Below are positions 9,107 through 19,257 of a DNA stretch of 64,000 nucleotides, piece by piece; positions within the stretch are counted from its first letter, which is position 1, and the number at the start of each line of letters is the position of its first letter. Origin of the DNA: Gemmatimonas sp. (lineage in GTDB: Bacteria > Gemmatimonadota > Gemmatimonadetes > Gemmatimonadales > Gemmatimonadaceae); NCBI GenBank assembly GCA_965279375.1, contig OZ257156.1, positions 3,648,001-3,712,000 on the forward strand, given 5' to 3'. The translations under genes were made by a program, and so were the position numbers. Below the pieces are notes generated by a model. The model saw nothing but the letters and a program-made list of their open reading frames with translations, did not search any database and was not told where the DNA came from.

Positions 9107-11959
9107 TCAGAACGAAATGCGCAGTGAGGACATGAACATCGCGGGCGCCGGAATCTGCTCAGAGATGTAGCGAGGGTTGGCATTGAAGCCGTCGTTGCCG
9201 GACATCTCCGGGTCGAACATCGGCATGCCGTAGTTGCGACGCATGAAGTTCTGTGCCGAGAACACCAGCGAGCTGCTCGCCGTCTTGGGAATCAGCTTGC
9301 CGAGCGGCACGGTGACCGTGAGATCGCGCAGCTTGAAGAAGTCTGCCGGGAAGATGAACATCGTGCTGCGCACGTTCGTTGCGTTGCAGATCAGGTTCTC
9401 ACGCACGGTCACAGGCTGGTTCGCCGCAATCTTCTTGTACGCGTCGAAGCAGGTGGGCCACTGCACCGAGCGCGACAGCGCCTGATACGAGGCGTCTTCG
9501 TTGATGTACGCGCCGCCCTGATACTCGCCGCGCACGGTCACGGTGATCTTGCGAATGGTGCGAATCGTGATCGCGCCGGAGATGATGTGCGTCGGCTGGC
9601 TCGGGCCGAACAGGAAGTTCGACGCGGTGTCCGGCGCGACGCCGACCGCGTTCGGATTGCGGATCAGCATTCCCTGAATGGCCGGCGCGGGATAGCCTTC
9701 CTGCACCCAGCCGTTGTTGCCGATGCCGAATGCCGGCACGCCACCGAGCGACTGCACGAGGCTGTTGTTGGTGCTGAGATTGATGTTTCCGCTCAGCCCG
9801 AACTTGTCGCGATCGATCAGCGTCGAGTTCACCGCCACTTCCACACCGGACTTCTTGAGCTGCCCGACGTTGCGCAGCACCGAGTTGAGGAAGCCCTGCG
9901 ACGGCGGCGCATTCACGCGGAAGAGCGCGTCGTCCGTTACTGCGTTGAAGTAGGTGAAGTCGATGTTCAACTTGCCGTTGAGCAGGCTTTGATCGAAGCC
10001 GAGCTCCATTTCGGTGGTGCGCTCAGGTCCGAGGTTCTCGTTGCCCCGATTGGACGGACGCAGGGCAGGGTCATTACCCCAGCCGACCGCGGTCCACGTC
10101 TGCACGGCGTCGAAGGCGCCCGGCGCACGTCCGGCCTGTCCGTACGCAGCGCGCAGCTTGAGCGTGCCGAGACGTTCCTTCCAGAAGGACTCGTCGCTCA
10201 TGACCCAACTCGCGGAGATCTTCGGATACGTCTGAAAGCCGAAGTCCTTGCCGAACGCGCTGTTGCCGTCGACGCGCGCGCCAGCGGTGATGAAGTAGCG
10301 GTCCTTGAAGCCGAGCAGCGACTGCACGAACACACCACCCGTGATGACACGCAGGCGATTTTCGTCGGCGTTCTTGAGCGAGCCGCTTGCGACGGTCACT
10401 TCCGTCGGCGCAGCGAAGCGCTCCGAGTACGCGACCACATCGCCCACCGCCGAACTCACGTACTGCGAGCCGAACGACAGCGTCGCGCGTGCGTCTTTGG
10501 TGAAGGACTTCTCGAGATTGTTCACCCAGTCCACGCTGAGCGTGGTGTTGGCCCAGCGCTGGTTCTGGATGATACCGAGCGGCGCGTTGGGAAAGCCGTA
10601 CGGCCGCACATTGCGGTTCTCGACGGCCGCGCGATCGATGCCGACGGTGAGGCGCGACGATACCGCCGAAAACGGCGTGTATGTGCCTGTCGCGCCGAGA
10701 ATCAGTCGATCGATGTTGCTGTTGAGCTGCTGCGTCAACACGCGACGAATCGTGTCCGGATTCTCCGATGCGAAGTAATTGCGGTTGCGGCGGAACGCAT
10801 TGAGCGTGAGCCCCTGCGCATTGTTGCCGGCCGGCGTGTTGTTGATGAGGCTATTCGTGTACGACGTGTTCACGCTCATCGCGAGCTTGCGCGCGGGCGA
10901 GAAGTCGAGGTTCGTACGCAGTGCGTACTTGCGTTCGAGGTCGTTGGGCATGACCCCTTCCATGTTGTCTGCGCCGAATGACATCAGGTACTTCACGCTA
11001 TTCGTGCTGCCGCCGGACACCTGCGCCTGCGTGCCGTAGCGCGCACCGTTGCGCAGGAACGGATCCATGAACAACAGCTTGGCGTCGTCTGTGCCGAACT
11101 GCTGCAGCTGACTGATGCCCGAGTTGAACTGTGCGTTCCACTTGGCGGCACCCTGGGTGCCACGCTTCGTGAAGATCTGGATGACACCCGCTGCGGCGTC
11201 GGTGCCGAACAGCGTCGCCGCGGCGGCGCCCTTCACGACTTCGATGCGCTCGATGTCATCGGGGTTGATGTCGTCGAGCGGGCTCGAGTTCGAGTTCGCA
11301 CCGCGCTGCGTGGCTCCCGTGAAGATGCCGTTGCGCGGATACTCTTCGCTCCGCGTCCGCACACCGTCCACGTAGATGAGCGGCTGGTTCGTGAGCGAGA
11401 CGCTGGTGGAGCCGCGCAGGCGAATGGCCTGGCCGCCGCCGGCATTGCCCACGCCACCACCAACCGTCACGCCGGCAACGCGCCCCGACAACAGGTTGGA
11501 CACGTTACTTGGTACTTCCGGGACATCGGCCACCTTGATCTGCCCGATCGAGTTGCCGACCTCGCGCTTGCGCGCCGATCCGGCTGTGCCGGTGACGACG
11601 ATTTCGTTCAGTGCGACCGGCGCCGCAGTGATCGCGAAGTCCGCGGTCGCCGCGGCGCCCGCCGTGACCGTCACCGCCTTGTCGAGCGCCTGATAGCCAA
11701 GCGCGCGAACACGGACCGTGCGCGCGCCGGGGGCGATCCCGCTGATGAGGTACGTGCCATCGGCGGCAGTGAGGCCGCCCTGACGCTCGCCGACGATCTG
11801 CACCTGGGCACTCGCCACGGGGGCACCGTTCGCGCCGTTCGTGACTTTCCCGCGCACTCGGCCAGTGCCGTCCTGCGCGCTGAGCGGTGAGGTGCCGGCC
11901 GCGACGATGCACACGGCCGCAAACCATTGCCTACAACCGGGTGGGACCAAGAAGCGCAT
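9107..11959 (-). CDS. SusC/RagA-family TonB-dependent outer membrane transporter
   Basis: CarboxypepD_reg-like N-terminus, LNEIVVTG, QPLIYVDGV, INPDDIERIEVVKGAAAATLFG, terminal Phe; GGAGG before ATG 11959. Confidence 0.92.
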   Translation of the reverse strand: MRFLVPPGCRQWFAAVCIVAAGTSPLSAQDGTGRVRGKVTNGANGAPVASAQVQIVGERQGGLTAADGTYLISGIAPGARTVRVRALGYQALDKAVTVTAGAAATADFAITAAPVALNEIVVTGTAGSARKREVGNSIGQIKVADVPEVPSNVSNLLSGRVAGVTVGGGVGNAGGGQAIRLRGSTSVSLTNQPLIYVDGVRTRSEEYPRNGIFTGATQRGANSNSSPLDDINPDDIERIEVVKGAAAATLFGTDAAAGVIQIFTKRGTQGAAKWNAQFNSGISQLQQFGTDDAKLLFMDPFLRNGARYGTQAQVSGGSTNSVKYLMSFGADNMEGVMPNDLERKYALRTNLDFSPARKLAMSVNTSYTNSLINNTPAGNNAQGLTLNAFRRNRNYFASENPDTIRRVLTQQLNSNIDRLILGATGTYTPFSAVSSRLTVGIDRAAVENRNVRPYGFPNAPLGIIQNQRWANTTLSVDWVNNLEKSFTKDARATLSFGSQYVSSAVGDVVAYSERFAAPTEVTVASGSLKNADENRLRVITGGVFVQSLLGFKDRYFITAGARVDGNSAFGKDFGFQTYPKISASWVMSDESFWKERLGTLKLRAAYGQAGRAPGAFDAVQTWTAVGWGNDPALRPSNRGNENLGPERTTEMELGFDQSLLNGKLNIDFTYFNAVTDDALFRVNAPPSQGFLNSVLRNVGQLKKSGVEVAVNSTLIDRDKFGLSGNINLSTNNSLVQSLGGVPAFGIGNNGWVQEGYPAPAIQGMLIRNPNAVGVAPDTASNFLFGPSQPTHIISGAITIRTIRKITVTVRGEYQGGAYINEDASYQALSRSVQWPTCFDAYKKIAANQPVTVRENLICNATNVRSTMFIFPADFFKLRDLTVTVPLGKLIPKTASSSLVFSAQNFMRRNYGMPMFDPEMSGNDGFNANPRYISEQIPAPAMFMSSLRISF

Positions 11960-12066
11960 TGCTTTGACCTCCAGAGGCGAACCAGGGGGGAGCCGTTCGG
12001 TGCGGAACATCCCATTTGGCCACCAACTCAAGCCGTTGTCAACCGTAGGCGCTGGCGAGCAGGGCG

Positions 12067-12900
12067 TTACAAGCCAAGGGCGAGTTGTACCGGCTCGCTT
12101 CTGCCGAGCAGACCGCGAGGGCCGACCGGGCCGCATGGAGCGGTCTGGTGCGCGGCCCATAAGGCATCCTGGCGCCAGCCCGCTTTTCGCATCGCATCGC
12201 GCACGCGCGCAATCGCATGCGTGGGCGTGTTGTTGGTCTCGCTCAAGTGCGCGAGCACGATTCCACGCAGCCCGCGGTGCGCGCACGACGACGCGAACGC
12301 AGCGGCCGCTCCGTTCGACAAATGACCGAACTGTCCTCCAATGCGCTGCTTGAGCGGCCACGGATACGGCCCCTCGGCGAGCAGTCGCTCGTCGTGGTTC
12401 GATTCGACCACGAGCAGGTCGAGTCGCTCGAACGCGGCTGGCAGCGGAGCGGGCACGTGCCCGAGATCGAGCGCGATGCCGATGCGCGTACCGCTGCGAC
12501 GATCGGTCAGCACGAGCGCCGCGCACTCGCGCGCATCGTGCGGAACTGCCGTTGCACACACGTCGAAGCCATCGACGGCCTGTTGAGCGTTCGTCGGCAG
12601 CGCGCTGGCGACCGTGGGACAGCCGTCGGCGGACTCGCGCAATGCGTCGAGCGTGCCCGCCGTGGCGTGCAGCGGCCAGCCCCAACGCGTCGTCGCCGCG
12701 ATCGCGCCACTCGCGTGATCGGTGTGCTCGTGCGTGAGCAGCAGCGACGAAATCTGTTCCGGACGACGACCGATCTCGGCCAGTCGCTTCATGATCGTGC
12801 GCGCCGAGAAGCCAGCGTCGATGAGAATCGAACTTTCGGTGCCATCGACCAGAATCGCGTTTCCTCGGCTTCCGCTGCCGAGGACAGTGACTCGCAGCAT
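12067..12900 (-). CDS. MBL-fold metallo-hydrolase, YycJ/WalJ-like
   Basis: LGSGSRGNA, LIDAG, THEHTDH, VPHDA, ESNHD, GHLSN, LAHLSETNN. Confidence 0.88.
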   Translation of the reverse strand: MLRVTVLGSGSRGNAILVDGTESSILIDAGFSARTIMKRLAEIGRRPEQISSLLLTHEHTDHASGAIAATTRWGWPLHATAGTLDALRESADGCPTVASALPTNAQQAVDGFDVCATAVPHDARECAALVLTDRRSGTRIGIALDLGHVPAPLPAAFERLDLLVVESNHDERLLAEGPYPWPLKQRIGGQFGHLSNGAAAAFASSCAHRGLRGIVLAHLSETNNTPTHAIARVRDAMRKAGWRQDALWAAHQTAPCGPVGPRGLLGRSEPVQLALGL

Positions 12901-14138
12901 CAGTACCGCGCGTGCATCGCCTGCCAGTGTGCGCGCTGCTGCGCGTCGAGCGTGACCTGTCGGCGAGCCATCATGCGTTCCGCGGTCTCGAGGAACTTGT
13001 CGACTGCGAAACGGTCGTACGGCGCGCCTGTGCCCCACGAGAACGGCGCGACGTACTTGGGCGGCATGTCACCCATCACGTTCGCGCCTGCGCCCAGCAC
13101 GCTGCCGGTGTTGAGGCGCATGCCAATGCCGGTCTTGGCGTGATCGCCGAAGAGTGTGCCCAGAAACTGCAGCCCGGTGTCGCGCACACCGTCCGGCGTC
13201 CACAGCGCGACGGTGCCGTACGTGTTCTTGAGATTACTGGTCACCGTGCCGGCGCCAAGGTTCACCCAGCGTCCGATGATCGAATGTCCGACGAAGCCAT
13301 CGTGCCCCTTGTTCGCGTAGCCGATGAAGATCGTGGCCGAGAGTTCGCCGTGCACTCGACACATCTCCCCGATCGATGAGCCGGAGATGCGATCGGCCGT
13401 CACGACCGAGTTGCTGCCAACGAAACAGGGGCCGATGATGCGCGTGAACGACTGCACGATTGCGCCGCGTCGAAGCAGCACCGGGCCAAGTGTCGTGTCG
13501 AACACGGTGAACGGCTCGACGATCGCGCCCGGCTCGATCCAGAGCGGGTGTGCGCCAACCACCACGGGTCCGCGCGCACTCGCGCCATCGTCGTCCTGCG
13601 CCTGGCAGACGAGATCTGCGGCGAGCACGGGAATATCGGCGCAGAGCAGCGGACTGAGATGCCGAATGAGATCCCACACCTCGTGCAGCCACACGCCCTC
13701 GATCGCCGTCGACTCGGAGTCGGCGACGAGACCTTCGAGCGTCAAGGTGCCGTCGAACAGCGTGCGCAGGGCGAGTGGTTCGCGCAATCGCACGGCGGCT
13801 AGGTATTCGTCGATTCGCCATGCCGACGCCAGCGTGTGCGCCCGCACTGCTGAACGCCCGCGCAGGTGCGGCAACGCGCGCGCGTTCACGATGATGCTGC
13901 CGGCCGGCAACTCCGACGACGCATCTCCGGCAACAAACGGCGGCGCGTCGAACTCGGCGAACGAGCGCAGCGATTCTGCGGCGACGAATGCATCCACCGG
14001 TGCGCCAAGCATCGTGGCCCACCGTTCACGAATGAGCAGTGCCCCCGCGCGCATCTCGCCAAGCGGTCGACTCGAAGCGAACGGCTCGAACAGCCGCGCG
14101 CGCGCATCGTCGTAGAGTACGATCGGTGGTTGACTCAT
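12900..14138 (-). CDS. GlmU-family putative sugar nucleotidyl/acetyltransferase with hexapeptide repeats
   Basis: SRPLGEMRAGALLIRERW N-terminus; NKGHDGFVGHSIIGRWVNLGAGTVTSNLKNTY beta-helix; start may be 14183. Confidence 0.8.
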   Translation of the reverse strand: MSQPPIVLYDDARARLFEPFASSRPLGEMRAGALLIRERWATMLGAPVDAFVAAESLRSFAEFDAPPFVAGDASSELPAGSIIVNARALPHLRGRSAVRAHTLASAWRIDEYLAAVRLREPLALRTLFDGTLTLEGLVADSESTAIEGVWLHEVWDLIRHLSPLLCADIPVLAADLVCQAQDDDGASARGPVVVGAHPLWIEPGAIVEPFTVFDTTLGPVLLRRGAIVQSFTRIIGPCFVGSNSVVTADRISGSSIGEMCRVHGELSATIFIGYANKGHDGFVGHSIIGRWVNLGAGTVTSNLKNTYGTVALWTPDGVRDTGLQFLGTLFGDHAKTGIGMRLNTGSVLGAGANVMGDMPPKYVAPFSWGTGAPYDRFAVDKFLETAERMMARRQVTLDAQQRAHWQAMHARY

Positions 14139-14172
14139 TGCCGTATCCCCGGGCTCTCGTTCGGCGCAGCCA

Positions 14173-15219
14173 TCACGGGCCACGCAGGTCGGCCGGAAGT
14201 GAATCGAGCAGCGTCTTGAGGTCGGCCGCCTTGTCGCGCGTGGTCACGAGGACCAGACCGTCGCGCGCGACGACGACGAGATCGTCGACGCCATAGAGCA
14301 CCACTGCGGCGCCCTGCGCGTGGACGACGTTGTCGGAGGACTGCAACGCGTGTAGGCGTCCGCTCGCCGCATTGCCTTGATCGTCGTGCGCGCGCACACG
14401 GTGCAGCGCCGCCCACGTGCCTACGTCATCCCATCCAAAGCGGCCCGGCACCACGAGCACGCGATCAGAGCGCTCGAGCACGCCCACGTCGATCGCCACC
14501 GACTTCACCTGCGCGAAGAACGTCTCGAGGTCGTCGCCGGCGGCTTCGAGCGCCGGCTGCACCTCGGGAGTCAGGCGCTTGATCTCGTCGAGCAGGTCGC
14601 CGACGCGCCACGCGAAGATCCCCGAGTTCCAGAGAAATCCGTCGGCCACCATCCGTTCGGCGCGCGTGCGATCCGGCTTTTCGACGAAGCGCGCGACGCG
14701 ACGAACCTCGGAGCCAGCGGGTTCGGAAGCGAGGCGATCGCCCGGCTGGATGTAGCCAAAGCCCGGATCCGGTCGCGTCGGCACAATGCCGACCGTCACG
14801 AGCGCATGTTCGCGGGACGCCAGCATGGCCGCGTCGCGCAGCGTTCGCTGAAACTGCGGCACGTCGGCGATGGCCCAGTCTGCGTGCACGCATACCATCA
14901 CCGCCTCGGGGCCGTCGCGCTTGGCGATGGTGTGCGCGGCCCACGCGAGCGCTGCACAGGTGCCCGCCGGACGCGGTTCCGCGATCACATTCTCCCCGTG
15001 CAACGACGGCTCCAACGTGAGGATCGCGTCGCGCAGCGAGGCGTTCGTCAGCACGAGCGTGCGATCGCTCTCCGCGAGTGGCGTCATGCGCGCAATCGTG
15101 TCGCGCAGCATGGGAGCATCGCTGATGAGCGGTAGCAGCTGCTTGGGGCGCTCCGGGGTGGAGAGCGGCCAGAAGCGCGAGCCCACGCCACCGGCGAGAA
15201 CGACATTCCAGAGGATCAT
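14173..15219 (-). CDS. manC: Mannose-1-phosphate guanylyltransferase
   Basis: VLAGGVGSRFWPLS..PKQ, EP, GFGYI, FVEKP, WNSGIF, WDDVGTW. Confidence 0.9.
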   Translation of the reverse strand: MILWNVVLAGGVGSRFWPLSTPERPKQLLPLISDAPMLRDTIARMTPLAESDRTLVLTNASLRDAILTLEPSLHGENVIAEPRPAGTCAALAWAAHTIAKRDGPEAVMVCVHADWAIADVPQFQRTLRDAAMLASREHALVTVGIVPTRPDPGFGYIQPGDRLASEPAGSEVRRVARFVEKPDRTRAERMVADGFLWNSGIFAWRVGDLLDEIKRLTPEVQPALEAAGDDLETFFAQVKSVAIDVGVLERSDRVLVVPGRFGWDDVGTWAALHRVRAHDDQGNAASGRLHALQSSDNVVHAQGAAVVLYGVDDLVVVARDGLVLVTTRDKAADLKTLLDSLPADLRGP

Positions 15220-15237
15220 ACGGAGATCATACGCGTT

Positions 15238-15618
15238 TCACGCGTTCGAGCGAGTGTGCTGTGCAGCGGTGAGGGCGACGACTCGATCGTAGAGACGTCG
15301 GGGGGAGAACGGCTTGGTCATTACATCGACGACGCCCAGCGCTTCGGCGTCGCGAAATTGTTCGTCCTGACCCGCGGCGGTGAGCACGAGGCAGGGCAGC
15401 GTGCCCCATCGCGCATCGGCACGCATGGCTCGCAGAATGTCGATTCCGCTCATTCCCGGCAGCATCAGGTCCAGGAGTACGAGCTGCGTGTCTGGATGCG
15501 CCGCAAGCAACGCGAGCGCGTCAGGGCCGTTCTCTGCCAGATCCACGATGAACGGCCCTTGTTCGAGGCGCGTCCGAATGATCAGGCTGATGTGCGGTTC
15601 ATCGTCCACCACCAGCAC
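15238..15618 (-). CDS. Single-domain response regulator (receiver only); true start may be slightly upstream
   Basis: VVDDE, LLDLMLPGMSG, LTA, TKPF; all receiver catalytic residues present. Confidence 0.88.
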   Translation of the reverse strand: MLVVDDEPHISLIIRTRLEQGPFIVDLAENGPDALALLAAHPDTQLVLLDLMLPGMSGIDILRAMRADARWGTLPCLVLTAAGQDEQFRDAEALGVVDVMTKPFSPRRLYDRVVALTAAQHTRSNA

Positions 15619-15713
15619 GCGCGTGAGCTTCGCGGCGGACTGTGGCGAAGTGGCGGACGTCCCCGAGTTGGACAGGTCGCTGGGCGGACGCGTGCCGCTC
15701 GGGGTATCGGCGG

Positions 15714-16067
15714 TCAGACGATCGCCGCGATCTGCGTACGATGGCGGCGCAGATCGAAGAGCAGGGAGGAGAGATTGGCATTCGGCGCAAGCAGCACCAG
15801 CAGGTACGCTTCTGCCGAGAGCGTGGTCACGATGGCGCTCCCGGCGCCGAACTCCAGCACCATCAACCCCAGATCGCCGCGCCCTGCCGAGGCGCTCAGT
15901 TCGAGTGCCGTCATGACCATCGAGGGGACGTGTGCTGCCAGCCCCTCGGGATCGAGCCCGCCTTCAGTGGCGCCGTCGATCAACAGGCCGTCGCGCCCAA
16001 GCACGATGGCGGCATCGACTCCCTCACGGCGGCGCAGCGCGCTCACAAGATCACGAATGGTTGGCAT
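15714..16067 (-). CDS. Roadblock/LC7 domain protein (MglB-like)
   Basis: 117 aa; GVDAAIVLGRDGLLI pattern typical of roadblock; ATG at 16067. Confidence 0.8.
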   Translation of the reverse strand: MPTIRDLVSALRRREGVDAAIVLGRDGLLIDGATEGGLDPEGLAAHVPSMVMTALELSASAGRGDLGLMVLEFGAGSAIVTTLSAEAYLLVLLAPNANLSSLLFDLRRHRTQIAAIV

Positions 16068-16161
16068 GTCGGAACGCTGGCCACGGTCTGGGGTGAAGTC
16101 AAGCGACGGAACCGCTTGCCCGGACATGAGTTGAGCGGTAACCTCCAGCCTTGCTTCTGCC

Positions 16162-16782
16162 ATGGGGACTACCCTGTTGTCACGCCATAACGCCGCGCGT
16201 CGTTCCATTGGGCGCGCGCTGTCATTTCCGGCCCTGATCGTCACTGCGCTGGCTGCTGCCTGCGGCGGCGACGGGCTGACGAGCACCGCCTCCGTCGAAA
16301 ACGTCACGCGGGTGTACAGCGTCTTCGCCGTCTCCGGCACGTCCAACGCGCTGCCATCGGCCTACTCGTACACGACCGAGAGTCTGGTACGCCCGCAGGT
16401 GCTATCCAGCGGCGGGATCAACTTCGACCTCGCGTTCGACATCACAACCGACGGCAAGGTACGACTGCTGCCGGCCAAGTACGTCGTTCCGCTGCCCCCC
16501 GCCGGTTCGCCGACGATCGGCCTGCAGAAGATGACCGCGGCGTTCGCGCAGCTGGAGCGGGCACCGGTGAACGGCTATACCTCCGATAGCGCCGTCACGG
16601 CGTCGGTGGGTGAGACGTACACCCTCGAGTTGCGCAACTCCGGCTGCATCTACGGCGAGTACTACTACGCCAAGGTCAGCGTGGACAGCATCATCCTCCC
16701 CGAACGGCGCCTCGTCGTCCGCTCGCTCGTGAACCGCAACTGCGGCTTTCGCGGCTTGACGGACGGCATTCCGAAGAACTGA
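16162..16782 (+). CDS. Hypothetical lipoprotein
   Basis: Hydrophobic stretch ending in lipobox LAAACG; coding-like codon usage; abuts serS. Confidence 0.7.
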   Translation: MGTTLLSRHNAARRSIGRALSFPALIVTALAAACGGDGLTSTASVENVTRVYSVFAVSGTSNALPSAYSYTTESLVRPQVLSSGGINFDLAFDITTDGKVRLLPAKYVVPLPPAGSPTIGLQKMTAAFAQLERAPVNGYTSDSAVTASVGETYTLELRNSGCIYGEYYYAKVSVDSIILPERRLVVRSLVNRNCGFRGLTDGIPKN

Positions 16783-16789
16783 TCGCGTC

Positions 16790-18064
16790 ATGCACGATAT
16801 CAAACTGTTGCGCGAGCATCTCCCTCTGTTGCGCGAGGGGATGCGCCGCCGAAACAAGACCGAGGAGTTCGCACCGCTGCTCGATCGCGCCGAGGCATTG
16901 GAGCGTGATCGCCGCGTGGCCATCACCGAGCTCGAAACCGCGCAGGCGCGACGCAATCAGGTCACGGCGGAAGTCGGCCAGCGTCGCAAGGCGGGCGAAG
17001 ATGCCACGGAGCTGATGGCCGAAGGCCGCGCGATCGGTGAGCAGGTGGCTAGTCTCACCGCGCGTCGCGACGATGCCGCCGCGGCGGTACAGTCGCTGCT
17101 GTACGAACTGCCCAACATCACCCTCGACGAGGTCCCCGAGGGTGGGGAAGAGGCCAATCAGGTCATTCGCTCGTGGGGGACGCCGCGTGCGGACGGCGCG
17201 GTACTCAAGCCCCACTGGGAAGTGGGTGAAACGTTGGGCGTTCTCGATCTGGCTCGCGGCGCCAAGATCAGTGGATCGGGATTCATCGTGTATCGCAGCG
17301 GCGGCGCGCGGCTCGTGCGCTCGCTGATGAACATGATGCTCGACATCCACACCACCGAGCATGGTTACGAAGAATGCTGGGTGCCGCTCGTGGTCAACAG
17401 CGCGAGCATGCTGGGCACGTCGCAGCTCCCCAAGTTCGCCGACGACATGTACGCGCTCAAGGAAGAGGACCTGTACCTCATCCCCACCGCAGAAGTGCCA
17501 GTCACGAATCTCTATCGCGACGAAATTCTCGACGCGTCGCAGCTGCCCAAAAGCTTCTGCGCGTTCAGCGCGTGCTTCCGCCGCGAGGCGGGTTCGGCGG
17601 GCAAGGACACGCGCGGACTGCTGCGCGTCCACGAGTTCGACAAGGTGGAGTTGGTGCGCTACGCGACGCCCGAAACGTCGCTCGTCGAATTGGAGAAGCT
17701 CACCGGGCACGCGGAGCTCATTCTGCAGCGTCTGGGACTGCCGTATCGCGTCGTATTGCTGGCCGCCGGGGACACTGGCTTTGCCAGCGCGAAGACGTAC
17801 GATCTCGAGGTCTTTGCGCCCAGCGTCGGCAAGTGGCTCGAGGTGTCGAGCTGCAGCGTGTTCACCGAGTTCCAGGCGCGGCGTGCGAACATTCGATATC
17901 GCCCAGCCGCCGGCGAGAAGCCGCGCTTCGTGCACACGCTCAACGGCTCGGCTCTCGCGTTCTCGCGCATCATCGCCTGCCTGCTCGAGCACTACCAGCA
18001 GCCTGACGGGTCGGTGCTGCTTCCTGAGGCGCTGCAGCCGTACATGGGCCGCGCGTCGCTGTGA
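16790..18064 (+). CDS. serS: Serine--tRNA ligase
   Basis: LIPTAEVP, CFRREAGSAGKDTRGLLRVHEFDKVEL, EVSSCS, HTLNGS. Confidence 0.98.
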   Translation: MHDIKLLREHLPLLREGMRRRNKTEEFAPLLDRAEALERDRRVAITELETAQARRNQVTAEVGQRRKAGEDATELMAEGRAIGEQVASLTARRDDAAAAVQSLLYELPNITLDEVPEGGEEANQVIRSWGTPRADGAVLKPHWEVGETLGVLDLARGAKISGSGFIVYRSGGARLVRSLMNMMLDIHTTEHGYEECWVPLVVNSASMLGTSQLPKFADDMYALKEEDLYLIPTAEVPVTNLYRDEILDASQLPKSFCAFSACFRREAGSAGKDTRGLLRVHEFDKVELVRYATPETSLVELEKLTGHAELILQRLGLPYRVVLLAAGDTGFASAKTYDLEVFAPSVGKWLEVSSCSVFTEFQARRANIRYRPAAGEKPRFVHTLNGSALAFSRIIACLLEHYQQPDGSVLLPEALQPYMGRASL

Positions 18065-18102
18065 CCCTGCGCGCGATCTAGGCGCGTCGCCTCGGAGCTC
18101 CG

Positions 18103-19257
18103 ATGCGTCGTCGGCGTTGGCCCGTCGTGGTCGTAGTCGTCGGCGTACTCGCGCTCCTGGCGTGGTACGTCGGCTATACGCAGCATGTCGTCCGACAACT
18201 GAGCAGCGCCGCTGCGTCGCAGGCGCGCATCTACTCGCGCGTCTATCGTGCCCAGCTCGACACCAGCGCTGCGGGGCAGGATCCGTCTGCGCTGCTGTTC
18301 GAGTTGGCGGCGCAGATGACGGAATCGGGGCTGCCGCTTGTGTTGACGGATGCCAACGGTGCCGTCGCCGACGCGGCCAACCTCCCGTTCGACGCGCCGC
18401 TCGATAGCGCGCGGATGCGGGCCTACGTGCAGGAGCTCGACCGACGCAACCCGCCGATCATCGAGCCGGGCGTGGGCGGCGTTCACTATGGAGACAGCCC
18501 GATCGTGCAGGGGCTGCGGGTCATTCCGCTGCTGCAAGCGGCAGGGATTGGCCTCCTGCTGGCGTTCGGCCTGTATGCGTTGGTCGAACGCGGTCGCGCC
18601 GAGCGCGAAAAGGTCTGGGCCGGCATGGCGCGCGAGGCCGCCCATCAGCTAGGCACGCCTCTTTCGGCGATCGGTGGCTGGCTCGAGCTGATCCGCGACG
18701 AGGAAACGAGCCCCATGGTCAGCCGGGCCGCACAGGCGATGGAGCAGGACCTGCTTCGGCTGGAGCGCGTCTCGCATCGGTTCGAGCGGATCGGTCGCCC
18801 GCCACGTCGCGAGACGGTGGACTGCACCGCACTCGTAGACCGGTTGGTGGCCTATTTCGCGGCCCGCGCCCCGACACTCGCCAAGCGCGTCAGCATCACC
18901 GCCGAGCATCCGGAAGGACGTCTCGAGACGCAGGGCGATGGCGTGCTGCTGGAGTGGGTGCTGGAGGTCCTCATCAAGAATGCGTTCGACGCGCTCGGCG
19001 GGCGCGACGGCAACGTGGTCGTGTCTGCGCAGCCGATGCCCGAGGGCGGCATACGGATTCGTGTCGCCGACGACGGCCCCGGTATTCCGCGGAAGTTGCG
19101 CAAGCGCATTTTCGATGCCGGCTTCAGCACCAAGGACCGTGGCTGGGGAATCGGGCTGTCGCTCGCCCGTCGCATCGTGGAAGAGAATCACGGCGGCAAA
19201 TTGTTGCTCGCTGACGAGGGCCGCGGCGCCGCTTTCGACGTTATCTTGAGCGGATGA
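18103..19257 (+). CDS. Membrane sensor histidine kinase (no adjacent regulator)
   Basis: Two TM segments; H-box MAREAAHQLGTPLS; N box LIKNAFDA; DDGPGI; GWGIGL. Confidence 0.9.
   Translation: MRRRRWPVVVVVVGVLALLAWYVGYTQHVVRQLSSAAASQARIYSRVYRAQLDTSAAGQDPSALLFELAAQMTESGLPLVLTDANGAVADAANLPFDAPLDSARMRAYVQELDRRNPPIIEPGVGGVHYGDSPIVQGLRVIPLLQAAGIGLLLAFGLYALVERGRAEREKVWAGMAREAAHQLGTPLSAIGGWLELIRDEETSPMVSRAAQAMEQDLLRLERVSHRFERIGRPPRRETVDCTALVDRLVAYFAARAPTLAKRVSITAEHPEGRLETQGDGVLLEWVLEVLIKNAFDALGGRDGNVVVSAQPMPEGGIRIRVADDGPGIPRKLRKRIFDAGFSTKDRGWGIGLSLARRIVEENHGGKLLLADEGRGAAFDVILSG

Noticed and set aside
11960..12685. N-terminal extension of the SusC ORF to 1192 aa
   Set aside because: It overlaps the MBL hydrolase; the Shine-Dalgarno and signal peptide support ATG 11959.
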